From Eledone cirrhosa (taxonomy: Eukaryota), in contig CAXHJY010001606.1 in the NCBI GenBank assembly GCA_964016885.1, positions 1 through 64,000 of the forward strand: a stretch of DNA of 64,000 nt, given 5' to 3'. A program made the translations under genes and the position numbers. Each line of letters begins with the position of its first letter. Position 1 is the first letter of the stretch. The notes under the pieces were generated by a model. The model saw only the letters and a program-made list of their open reading frames with translations. It had not been told where the DNA came from and searched no databases. Positions 24,004 through 36,689 of this stretch are shown here, piece after piece.

Positions 24004-26180
24004 TTTTCTTTATTAACCACAAGGGTTTACATAAAGTAGACATTAAGGACAGTACAGGACGGTACAAATGGGCATTTCTGCGTGTAAAAAAAAAACAGAG
24101 GATGTAATAAAATAACAAAGAAAAATTCCCCAATAGGGGGGAGACTTCCGAGGGACATTTGTGGTGAAAGCCCATTAAAAGACCACAGTGACCCTGACCA
24201 CCAGGGCAAGTGCCCTCTCCCAGTTTTCCACATTTCATTTACAGACACATACTCAGAGTAGGCCCATTCACTCGGGCCATACTTGCTTCTCTCACCCATC
24301 TTTCAACAAAATGCTGGGAAGAGAGCACTTCCCTCTCTACCCTGATTTTCCTTTTCAAATGAAATTTGAAAAAGTTAATCAGGGCATCACCGAAGAGGTA
24401 AGTGCTCGTCTTCAGCCCTTTCAAACGTGTCCACCATACTATCTCTTTCGACATGGCCACCAGACAGATAAAAACTGCCTGCCCTTCCCGGCTAAAGGAA
24501 GAGGGCGGGGCAATCCTCACGATGGACTCAGCTGATAGCCGGATCCGTCCTACACGTGACAGCAGGTGTTCGACATAAACCCACAAGTCAGCAATGCTCG
24601 GACACTGGACGAGTGCGTGCAGGACGGTTTCGTCGCCCTGCGCGCATCTCGGACATGCCCGGTTGACGGCACCTCCATGCCTGTAGAGTTTATCCCGAAC
24701 TGGCAAAGCTCCCCGGTAGCACTGCCAGGCCAGGGATTTCTGGAAGTTGTCCATAGGCCCCGGCGCGAAAGTCCGTCCGAAGAGATTGGCTAGTTGATTT
24801 TCGTCGACGCCTAGAGTATCTCCAAGTACGTCGTCGCTCTTCCCCTCCACTAATCCTCTATAGAACGCCAAGGTGGAGTTTCCACCGATCACATTGCCCG
24901 ATTGGTCGAGGGCTGTGAGCGCCTGAAGACATTCCAGTCTCCAAGCGCTCCCTCTCGGTCTTCGCTTGACCCAGGACTGCAGCTCCGTCAAGGAGACGAG
25001 CTGGGGAGAAACGTGTCTAGCAAACGGCGACCACACCTGATCACGGAAGAGGTGGAGATGTCGTAGCCTGAGTGCGTGTCTGCGCATCATCAGCCACGGC
25101 ATGCCCAGCCCTCCACGTAGCGGGTGTTGACAGCAGATGGACCGCCTGACCATCGGAGCGCGTCCCTTCCACAAAAAGCGAAAGAGCAAACGCTCCAGCG
25201 CAGTCAGGCGGGGCTTAGGATAAGGTACGACGGTCAGGCGGTAGTAGATGATGGACGTGATGTATGCGTTAGCCACCTCCGCTCGACCTTTCAGGGATAA
25301 CTTCCTCTCCGCCCATTTCTTGGTGAGAGAAACCACCCTGCTCGTCACCTCGTCCCAGTTTTTGTCCGTCTGGAGGTCCAGAGCGAACCAGGCCCCTAGC
25401 AATTTAACCGACTGACGACGCTGTTGGACGGCATGGACCTGCCTCTACAGGTGCCAAGCTTCAGGTCCACTGACTTTTCCTGGTTGATCATTGCTCCTGT
25501 CACCGCTTCGTATTCTCTTAGTATAGTGCCGATCTCCTCGATGTGTTTGGCATTCCACACCACTACGGTGACATCGTCGGCATATGCTGACACGGATCTT
25601 CCGCATCCTAGTTCGCGCGGGTTCCTCCTCAACGTCTCCAGTTTGTGCAGTAATGGCTCGAGAGTCAATACGTACAAGAGGGACGAGAGGGGACATCCTT
25701 GGCGGACCGAGCGCATGATGTTGAACGGTTCCGAAAGGTGACCGTTCACTCTCACCACAGAGCAGATCTCGCTGTGCATGGCAGCGATCCAGCCTCTGAA
25801 GACGGGCTCAAAGCCAGCCGCCCTCAGGACTGCCGCTAGGTAACGATGGTCGACCCTATCGAAAGCTTTCGACTGATCTAAATTTATCAAAGACCCACTC
25901 GTGCCAGGTTCCCTAGCTACCCTCTCTACGATGTATCGCATGAGGTGGAGGTTGTCGTGGATGGATCTGTCGGGAATGGCGCATGTCTGCGCCTCTCCCA
26001 CCAACGACAAGCGCCAACCTCTTTGCTAGCACCTTGGCCAAAATCTTGAACTCTGTGTTTAGCAGAGTTATGGGCCTAAAATTATCTATGTTATCCCCCT
26101 TGTTCGGATCCTTTCTCAGCAGCGCCACCGCTCCTCGGCTCACAGAGCTGGGAATTCTCCCGTTCTGTTGCCAGTTGCAG
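24004..26180 (-). pseudogene. Tx1/L1-clade LINE, 5'-truncated, frameshifted ORF2
   Basis: ORFs 25913-26143, 25396-26010 and 24239-25402 carry NFRPITLLN, LDQSKAFDRV, QGCPLS, AYADD and CPRC...HALVQC. An AATAAA lies near the 3' end. Homologous to 36723-40184. Confidence 0.92.
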
Positions 26181-26892
26181 GTATTATGAATAGTAAAAGG
26201 TTAAAAATGAAGAAAAATCTACTTATCATTGATAGACTGTGCTTTCTAGCTACAAAGCTAGAAACACCATCTGCTTGGCATGTAAGATAGTTTTAGGTGA
26301 TCTTAATTATGATTGGAATTTGGAAAAAAATTACTATCTGATCTGTCAAGCATGTAACATGAAAGAAATGAGTTTTTTGTTTGCTTTTTTGTTTTGAAAA
26401 AGAACAATATCTGAAAGTTAAAATTATGTTGTTTCTTGGCTTCAGCATTGTGTGTGTGTGTGCAAAATTAGATTCATGTATTTGTGTGTGTATATTTCTG
26501 CATATTTGTGTGTATTTGTATTTATTTATGTGTGTGTGTGTGTGTGTTTATGTATATTTGTGTCTATTTGAATTTATGTGTATGTATTTATGTATATTTG
26601 TGAGTGTTTGTATTTATGTGTGTGTGTGTGTGTATTTATGTATATTTGTATTTATGTGTATGTGTTCGGGTGGAGTCTGAAAAAACGGTGGCTCAAGTCC
26701 TGGTATTTGATTAAAATAGTAAATCTATCAAAGGTTGATGACCTATGTGTTCTAGATTCAAATAGAAATAAATCATCAAATAACATCTAGTTGGTATATT
26801 ATATGAGTACGATGACTGAGGTAGTGTGCTGGACTACTGTGCACATAGTTGTAAGTTCAAATCTTAATACAGCCATTGTATTGTGGATTTAA

Positions 26893-27097
26893 TCTTTTAG
26901 CATTTAAATCGGCCATATCAGGCCATAATTCTCCCACCTGTTTCTATTAAAACTGGCTATAACTGGCCACTCATACCGATGTTAAGGTATTCTCAAAATA
27001 AATAATATCAAAATATTATAGATTTGATATTATGTAAGATAAAGCCTTTACCATGAAAATACAATAGTAAATATAAAGAAATGTAAATGCTAATGGG
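26893..27097. mobile_element. piggyBac-type MITE (family M1)
   Basis: TTAA flanks and homology to 30012-30219. It appears to be inserted in a decayed SINE head. Confidence 0.75.
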
Positions 27098-28269
27098 TTA
27101 AGCAAAGTACTAGATTCTTTTCAAGGCATCCAAGAATTGTGGGAGGGAGGAAGGAAGGTATCCTTAAGCATAGAACCTGGTTTAAATGTTTGTCATGAAA
27201 TGGACACAAGTAAAGTCACCCATAGGCCAGATAGTGATGTTAAACTGGACAACCAATTCATTTTTAACACCCTTTAATGATTTAGCAGAAAATGTCTAAA
27301 AACTAGTTTATTTCAAATGATTATAGTATCTCTACTAGTGGATGATTATAGTATCTCTATCATGAAGATTTTCAGTAAATTAAAATAAAGACATTTTTAA
27401 TGTGAGGCAGTCATAGTGCTGCTTTGTACTTTTCAAGAATTTCTCTTAATGCAGTTTCCTGTGTAACATAATGTTAAGAGTTAACTTTACCATGCAAATA
27501 GATTATGGTGGGATTTGAACTCAGGATGCAAAGAACTAGAAGAAATATTGCAGAAGCATCCTGTTAGATGCTTTAATGATTCTGTCGGTTTATTCCCCTA
27601 CACTAGTACTTTATTTTATTGACTCTGGAAGGATGAATGTCAAAGCTGACCTCTGTAGAGTTTGAACTCAGAATGCAAGGAGCTGGAATAAATATCAGTA
27701 AAGCTTGCTGTGGTTTGCTTGGCTGAACTTCAAAAATAGGTTCCACTCATATTTTATGGTTGAGTGGTTAATAGTGAGAAGGAGATCTATCTGTAAAAAT
27801 ATTTTCTCCCCAAAATAAACCATCTCACAGAAGAAAAATACAGAGTAAAGAAAAATACAGTGAAACAGTGGAAGAATAACAAAAAATAAATATCCCAATA
27901 TAGAATGTGTATTTGAATATTTTTGGATGAGTAAACAGAGAAAGGGTGTATCTTGTGTCTGCTGTATGGAAAGGATGTAATGCCTTGTGTAAGAATTGGT
28001 AAGCCTTTATTTAATGTGAACGAGATTAAAAATGGCACCAGAGCAATTACATAAAGACATTTATAAGACTTTAAACAGAATTTAGATGTTGACATATAGA
28101 CAGTTATTGATAGGCATAAAGAAGGGGCATTAATCTTCCCTGCCATAAATTTCTCTATTCATCCCAGCAGGTAGGAAGATATGGCTGAATAACAAAATAA
28201 TTGGCCAGCATAAGCTTCAGTGCTCCTGAATGACAGTGAGAATATGAAAGAAATTGGAAAAATCAGTGT

Positions 28270-28620
28270 GCTAGTGGTCTATAGTGGATGGAGACATAAC
28301 TCAGTGGTTAAGAAGTTTGTTTCATAATCTTGAGGTTCCAGGTTCAATCCAACTATGTGATATTTTGATCAGGTGTCATTTCCTAAGCTTTTTAAGCAAA
28401 ATTGGATAAACGGAAACTATATGGAAGCCTCTCTGATGTATTGTACATGTATTTCAAAAGGCCAGTCTTGTGACACACTATGTCACATTGATTTTGCCTG
28501 AGAATTATGTTAATGGTAGACTTGTCTGTGGAATACTTAACTATTTCCACATTGTTTTAATGAGTAGGGAGCTCAGTTGATTGAACAACTAGATGTTCAT
28601 ATTTGATACAAACAGAATAT
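28270..28620 (+). mobile_element. Long CORE-type SINE (family S3)
   Basis: tRNA-like head (CTCAGTGGTTAAG...GGTTCAATCC) and a body homologous to 13545-14232 and 34845-35375. Confidence 0.6.
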
Positions 28621-30011
28621 CCATCAATAGTAACTTAATGAATTTGTACTAAGGTATATAACTGACAATGATGATGATGATGCTTCTACCAGCTAAATGA
28701 AAACGATTTTGGTTTCATGCATTGTGGGCTAATATCTAACTCTAGCTTGTTTGCTGGCTTAGAGAATAGATATACCAGGTTTCTCCAAAAGAAATATTAC
28801 CAGCAATAATAAAACCATAATCCTACCTACACAAAAGTTTCTCTCTGATATGCTTTGTTCTGTGGAAAACAAAATTAAGTATCATCTCTGTGGATACTTC
28901 ATTAATTTTACTCTACTGGTAGTTAACATCATTTTTACATCTACTTTGCGATGCTGGCATGGGTGTGGACAGAATGGTTTGAGAAAATGTATTACAGCTA
29001 GATGCCTTTCCTGATGCCAACCCTTTTAATCATCTCTTATGTCAAGCAGGGGTATGGTATACCTATTCTAAAAACTGGGATACACACATTATATAATTTA
29101 ATTAAACCTAGGAAAGCTGTAGACATAGAACTTCCATATAAGTGGTTGAAAATGAATTAGAATCAGTCTAATGTCTGATACACAATCACTTTATAAGCAT
29201 TCTGCCTGGTTGTTTAAATGATGTTAAATTTGACTGACTAAGATGAAAAATTAAAGCTGACACACTAAGCAACTTTTCTCATGGTTCTATAACTCTAAGA
29301 GGTTATGTGGTAAAACATTCTGTAAATAATCTCCTTATTCAATTAATTCACATGCATCAAATGCACATTGCTCTTGTGCGTGCACAAACCTGTGTATGTG
29401 TGTGTATGAGTGACTGTGTGCGTAAAATTTAGCTATCCCACTGTTTATATTTTCCTTTTGTGAACATGATATATGAACAGTTTTATGTAAATGTATATGC
29501 AAAAGCCTATCAGAAATGATGATGATAATAATAATAATAATGGCAATAATAATAATACTTTTTAATAATGTTTACAATAATTGCAATAATATCTGTGATA
29601 ATAATTATAATAGTAATTGTAAAAGTGATTTCTTTGTTTATCTCTAAGTGGAAAGAGGAAAATTTGAATACAGTAAAATACAATAGAAATATATTAAATT
29701 ATATTTGTGATGAGATGATGATAGTTATTATAACAATCTGGTTTTCTTTATCAAAATGGTTTGTGTTGAATGTAGTGTTTGCAGGAATAAATAAATACAA
29801 AATATATATACATAAATATGTCTAAAAATATAAAATATATATTATGTATATATATATATATGTGTGTGTATGTGGAGAAGATTGGGTTGTTGAGTAACTG
29901 TGATTAAATCAATAACAGTGTATCTGAGTTGATACCAGCAATCTTCAGTGCAAGTGGAGCAAAATAAGCGTAGTTTATGGATACCTGTGATAAACTATGG
30001 TATGGATTTAA

Positions 30012-30219
30012 CCCTTTAGCATTTAAACCAGCCATATCTGGCCAGAATTCTCTCACGTCTTTCTGTTCAAACCGGCTGTAACCGGCTGCTCATACCAATG
30101 TTAAGGTATTGTTCTCAAAATAGATAATATCAAAATCTAATAGATTCAATATTATGTGAGATAAAGCCTTTACCATGAGAATAAAATAGTAAATATAGAG
30201 TAATGTAAATGCTAAAGGG
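30012..30219. mobile_element. piggyBac-type MITE (family M1), best-preserved copy
   Basis: Perfect 14-bp TIR CCCTTTAGCATTTA / TAAATGCTAAAGGG with TTAA on both sides, 208 bp. Confidence 0.85.
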
Positions 30220-32202
30220 TTAAATACTAAAGGGATATACATATAACTGACTTTATATATGTGTGCATGTACATGTGTGTGTGCATGTGTGTATCTGCTT
30301 TCCACGATCTCATGGGTTGGATGGATTATTACAGTTCGAATCAGTTCTTATTCAGTGTTACTGCCCTGCCTGATGTCCTTGACAGGACTAAAATCCATTT
30401 TCCATGCTAAGTTGTCTTATTTGATCTTCAACCATTTTATAGTGTACAGGGTGCGTTTTATCATGGCAGCAACACTGGTAGAGTTGTCTTGCTCTTATAT
30501 GACAAAGAATCCTCCACACTCCATATTATCTCCAATCTTTCCTGGCAAAAGTGCTGAAGCATGTAATATGAAGGGGAGCAAGGACCAAAATCTAAATTAG
30601 GAAAGATTATAAATATGAGTGTAAAGAAGCTATAGATGATTGGATGGCAGAGAAGGGAGCAGGACTATAGTAGCTACAAAGATATATGCATGTATATATG
30701 AACCCATAACTCTTGATGAAGTTATAAAGGTATTGTAGTGATATACAATGTTTCTTGGGCATTTAAAACTTAGCAAAGTCCATCCCCTCTCCAACTGTGA
30801 ACACAGTCAATTTCTTCCAGAGAAGGAGATAGAGACGAAATGAGAAAGAGATATAGAGAAAGAATTAATTACAGTACTGGACTGGTACTTATTTATCGAC
30901 TTCAAAAGGGTGAAAAGAAAAGTTGATCTTAGTAGGATGTTAACCCAAAGCACAGAGTTAGCATGAATACTGCAAAGCATTCTAAACATTCTGCCAATTC
31001 ACATTAAGAATATCTTATATGGTTTATATCAAAATCTTAACTGTAATTTATAATATATATAACAAAGCTGTCTGATTAAGAAGTTTGCTTCATAATCTTG
31101 GATTTCTAAATTCGGTCATATCTTATGGCATCTTGAGCACTTTTTTCTATCATAGATTCAGTTGAACTAAAGCCTTGTGAGTGAAATCCTGTAGCAGTGA
31201 CTATGAGAAAGTTTAGAAATATCTGTGTATGTATGTGTATATACGTATAAATATATGTATCATATATATGTATAAATGTGTGTGTGTGTGTGCATATATC
31301 ATCATCGTTTAACACATACACACACACATTTATACATATATATAATACGTATATTTATACGTATATACATGCACACAAATATATATATATATACACACAC
31401 ACAAACACACACACACATACACGTGTGCAAACAAACATACAGACATTTGACAACGTGATTGAAAAAAGCAGCACAGATTAGTGGTAGTGAAACTTCAACT
31501 TCCAGTGATTTAATAAACTCTTCTAACATGTATTGAGTACTTTTCTTTCTCCTTCATATATTCAAGGGTGTTTATGCACACACATACATACACACAAATA
31601 CACACACTCTCACAAATACATTTATATATAGAGAGAGATATATATATACAAATACCATATGATAGTATATTTTATATTTAAATAAATGATAGTTCTTTAA
31701 AATGTGTGGCAGAATACTCCCTTAGGACATTCTGAAGTTTCACTGAATAAAATAATTAAATGAATAAATTCCTCCGAGGAAACAATAAAGTCTCATAGAT
31801 TACACGTAGCTAAACCTATTTATTATAGACTGAAATTGGCTTAGGTTTTGTTGTTTTATAATAGGTGTGGTTTCACTGGGGTTTTTGCTGAAACGAGTTC
31901 CAAATTACTATATACCAAATTAGCCATATATGTTGCATGCTCAGAAGAATATCTATACATATGTGCCAGTGTTTTTGTAAACGGACAGGCATCTAAACTA
32001 GATCTGTGTGAACCTTTTTGGATAATATTGAGAAAGAAGAGCAGCTGGCCAACAGTTGAAGTGTCAGTAGTTTTTATATAACACTCTATTTGGTTTTCTG
32101 TGCTGTAAATAGGTTGCTGTTATTGTTGTTTAGCCCCAGGCTAGCCTATGGTCAATGGAAATACAGCTGTTAGACCATCGTTTTAGTGATATCTAACAGT
32201 AT

Positions 32203-32387
32203 TGGATTGGCAGTATCAGTAGAGGAGCGGACACCATGCTTTGACGCATAGTTACGGCCCTTGCCATTCTGAGTTCAAATCCTGCCGAGGTTAACTTTGC
32301 CTTTCATCCTTACGGGGTCGATAAAATAAAGTACCAGTAATACACTGGGATAATTGCTGGCCTTGTGCCAAAAGTAGAAACAATTAT
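32203..32387 (+). mobile_element. tRNA-derived SINE (family S1)
   Basis: Same A/B boxes and central motif as 633-820. Further decayed copies lie at ~12830-12975, 14480-14640, 21780-21950, 27480-27700, 30870-31000, 35535-35690, 41185-41300 and 52700-52910. Confidence 0.85.
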
Positions 32388-32699
32388 CTAATGTTATTAT
32401 TATGTTTTGGTAAAGTTTTAGGAGGTGATTTTAGAGGCATTTGAATCCTATTTACAGCAGATACAGACATCCACGTTGGCTCAGAGCCTCGCAAGTTGGA
32501 ATGGCTCTTCCAGTGCATATCCCTCACCATTCTCTGGGAAAACACCTTCTCTATTCTGTCCACCGGGGCCATGGGGCAACCAGAGCGTGGGCCCCCATTT
32601 GCTCAAAATAGTGAGAGTTGGGGAGAGTGTGAGAGACAGGCAGTGATAGTGGGAGTTTGGTTCCTTTGTGTTCAGACCTGGTATATAATGTATATATTT

Positions 32700-33070
32700 A
32701 GTTACCCATCTGACTACTATGCTTTCAGCACATACCACTCCACTGCTGATTAGGTCACCTAGGTGAGAGAAGCTGTTAGCTATTTCTAGGGAGCCATCTA
32801 GGCATTGGGAGGAATTTATTTTATAGATATTCTTACTACTAACTACTCTCTTGCATCTTCTACATACAAAGTCCTCTTCTGTCAGCCTGCTTGTGATCCC
32901 ATTGTATTTCTTGTGCACTGTATTGTGTTCACTGAATGGAATTTCCACCTACTCCTTTGTTGTGTATCAAGCTTGTCCACTTCTAGATGGCAGTAGATTT
33001 CTGTTTGTTTTCCTATTATCTAAGACTTTAGACTTTACATTAAAGTCTTTTTTTGTTTTATATTAAATTT
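32700..33070 (-). pseudogene. Degenerate RTE RT fragment including a PHD remnant
   Basis: ORF 32481-32948 contains VHKKYNGITSRLTEEDFVCRRC...LEIANSFSHLGDLISSG. Confidence 0.75.
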
Positions 33071-34344
33071 CCAATTTGACAAGATTTTTATGTGTCATTG
33101 TGGCATATTGTAGTACGTTTCATCATCATCTTAATACGCTTTCCCAGCATGTTAGTATATAATTGACTCTGTATTTTAAGATATGATATACATCTGTGTA
33201 TGTGTGTTCACATGTATGTATCTCTATGTATCTATCATCATCATCATCCGTCTAACCCATGCTTGTGTGGAAATGGATGTGTGTGTATGAAGGGCTAAGA
33301 AATATATTCAAAAACATTACAGTATCAGTTTCACTTTGTAAATTCATCTTTTCTCCCTGGAAAAATTTAACTATTTGACAGTTTCTTCTTTGAATTGAAT
33401 TTAAATTACTCTAAACACTATTCTATTTGTTTGTTTATTTATTTTTCTAACACTATCCTCTAGTCTCAACATATTACCAATGATAATGAGCTTGCAAATT
33501 TCTTCTTTCAATATCACATTACCATATTTTTTACTGCCATCCACTTGTTCAGTACAACCAGATTCTAACTAAGTCTTATTTATACACTGTTGCATTATTA
33601 ATATATTCTTGTGCTGATGTCAGAAGCAGACATCTTCTTGCTGACGTCAGTCTGTTGAAGATATTCTAGTACCAATGTCGCCCAGGTGCTAATAGCTATA
33701 TTTTACATATTCGTTTCTTGAATTTCTTTGTTCACCAATACACACCTGTATTTCATTTTCATTTATATATTGTATACCATCTTAATATATAAAAGCAATT
33801 GTATGTATGTATGTATGTGTGTGTGCAAGTATTTATGTATGTGTGTATGTATGAATGTATGTATCTATCTATCTATGTGTCTGTTTGTGTATGTAAGTAT
33901 CTATGTATGTATGTATGTATGTGTGTGTGTAAGTATCTATGTATGTTCCAAGTTATAGGCTAAAATTCCATACCAAGATAGCTGAAATTTTGAAAAGAGA
34001 CACATTTTTTAAAGGATAATATATACTATGTGGTTTTTCTGAAATTTCTTCTTTTAGCTCCAGACAGAAAAATCTAAGACTATTAATACTAACAATAGAC
34101 ATTAGGAAAAGCTACTGATTTAAAGTAACTATGCCAATTAGTATAATATTTTGATTTAAAAAAAAAAAACATCTTTTCCATGAAAAATCTTTAAATATAA
34201 AGGTAAAATTTAATTTTAGGTTTGTTAATTTGGAGGAGCATTTTTTGAACATTTTTATGAAACATGACTTTAACCATCTTCTTGATACAACAATTCTGAG
34301 TGAATCTATATTCCAGGACAAACAAGATTAACATCAGCTTTTAA

Positions 34345-34497
34345 CCCTCCACTACCATATTTAAAGATACTGCCTACAATTTTAAAATAATTTCAAAAAT
34401 AATTAAATGCATAATGACTTTTTTTACATAAAATTATGAATTAAGTTTTTTTGATAAATATATCTACTTCAGAATATACAGCTCAGTATCAAAAGGG
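34345..34497. mobile_element. piggyBac-type MITE (family M2)
   Basis: TTAA|CCCTCCACTACCATATTT ... GTATCAAAAGGG|TTAA. Confidence 0.55.
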
Positions 34498-34931
34498 TTA
34501 AAGCAATTTATCCAAAATATAGGAAATTCATGTGATTATATTTATTTTAGATATAAATAAACCTGATTAAGGTTGCTAATATTGAAAGAAAGAAAATATA
34601 TTATCTCCAATAGTCTAGATTGATTTGAAATTCATGATCAATGCTCAAGCAACATGTTTATATGAAAGACATTTTAAAAGATGCTTTGAAAGGATGAGTA
34701 AAATAAGAGTATATATAGTAAGTAGTGAGGTAGAGTGAATGTTATAAGAGCATAGTAAATGGCTTGAGTTATTTGTTCCAACTCCCAACAAATTTACATC
34801 CATATATTACAGTAAATGGATACATTCTCAGCTTCAATGATGAGAATTTCAGCTGTTCACTCAACTGAACTACCTACATATTGATTTAACATGTAAGTTG
34901 CTGAGTATTCCATAGATAAGTGATTCTTTAA

Positions 34932-35155
34932 CCCTTTCATTACCATATTTCTAATAAAATGCACTGTATTTGAATGAATTAATGAAGAATTTGGAAGAAA
35001 TTCTAAAATCATTCTTTTATTATTAAGATGGTATTTGTAACATAAAGGTTTTATATATGAAATTATGCTGGAATATTAAATAGGAACCTTTTAAATTGGG
35101 TGGTTTTGTTCCCGGGAACCAGAGATAGCTTCAGAGAGACTGGTATCAAAAAGTG
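34932..35155. mobile_element. piggyBac-type MITE (family M2) inserted in an S3 SINE (34845-35375, minus)
   Basis: TTAA|CCCTTTCATTACCATATTTC ... GGTATCAAAAAGTG|TTAA. Related ends occur at ~53005-53030, 53080 and 53443. Confidence 0.6.
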
Positions 35156-35423
35156 TTAATGTAATTCTCAGGTAGAATGTATGTGACAAACCTACCCATT
35201 TGAATTACTGGCACAGACAAGCTTGTACACAGTTTCCATCTATCCAAATGCAGTCAGAATATTTGGATTGATCTGAAGTTATGGTAAAAGACACCCAATT
35301 TGGTAAACAGTGGGGTTGAACACAAGACCACATGATTGTGAAATAAACTTCATAATTTCTCAGCCATGCCAGTGCCTATGCATCCAAAGAATATCATAGC
35401 CACACACACACACACACACATGC

Positions 35424-35528
<105 letters not shown>

Positions 35529-36689
35529 CATAGGTGAATTGGTGGAATTGCTAGAACATTAGATAGAATGCCTTGTGGTATTTGTTCTGGCTCTCTGTGC
35601 TCTGAGTTCAAATGCTGCCAAGGTCAACTTAGCCTTTAATTCTTTCGCAGTCAATAAAAAAAAAAAATGACCAATCTAGCAATGGGCTCGATTCATCCTC
35701 TATATCTTTTTTTACTTCCACTTTATCTCTCTCTCTCTTTATGACATACCTATACATTTATTCAAAGATAAGGCTTCCTTTATCCCACTCAGTGTTTCCC
35801 ATTACTATGATGTTCGTTAAATTTCTCATTATTACCACGTTTTTCTAGACAACTTGATAAACCTGATATTCATAGGAAACTTAAGAGTAGCAAGAGAGTG
35901 AAACCTCAGTTTAAAATAACCTGATAAAAACTGCTACACATATTGAGTATCTAGCTTTCTCTCGTTTGCGCATTGAAACACACAAACACACACACATGCA
36001 TACACACACAAACACACTCACACATGAACACATATATTAAAATAGGAGTGAGAAGGAAATAAAAACTCATTGTAGTGCAACTGGTAATAATTGAGAACGA
36101 CATGGTATGATTGCCAACAATTGGATTATTTTAGGTTGTTGTTTTATTTTCCAATCTCATGTTGTTGTATATAAAGGTATATTTACCAATGTTTAATATT
36201 AAATCTTAGCCATGCATATATAATACACACACTCACACACATAGAAAAAACATTTTTATAGAAGCAGTTTTATTACGGTATTGAAAGGTTGTATGACTTA
36301 CAGCGACAAGTATGTACTTTCATTCAAGGCAAGAATTTTTTCATATTAAATATGTACGCGTGTGTGTGTGTTGAGAACCCTAATTAATTTGTTTAATGTT
36401 GCTAGAACACCAATCATTCTGTAAGTACCCTGTTTCTGAATTCATTTCAGTTAGCATTAAATAGCATGGTATGTGGTACTGTGTTACAGTGCCATGGATG
36501 TGTGAAGCAACTTGTGGTAATTTGATTCTGTATATTTATTAATGTATGTGTGTGTGTGTATATATATATAAAACAAAGAGTGTGTGGTAAGATTCCAGGT
36601 GGACCATAATGCAGTTCGGATGTGTCGAAATGGCCGGAGCTCAGCCATTGGGGTCCTGACTCTTTTCCTATCTATCTATCTATATATAT

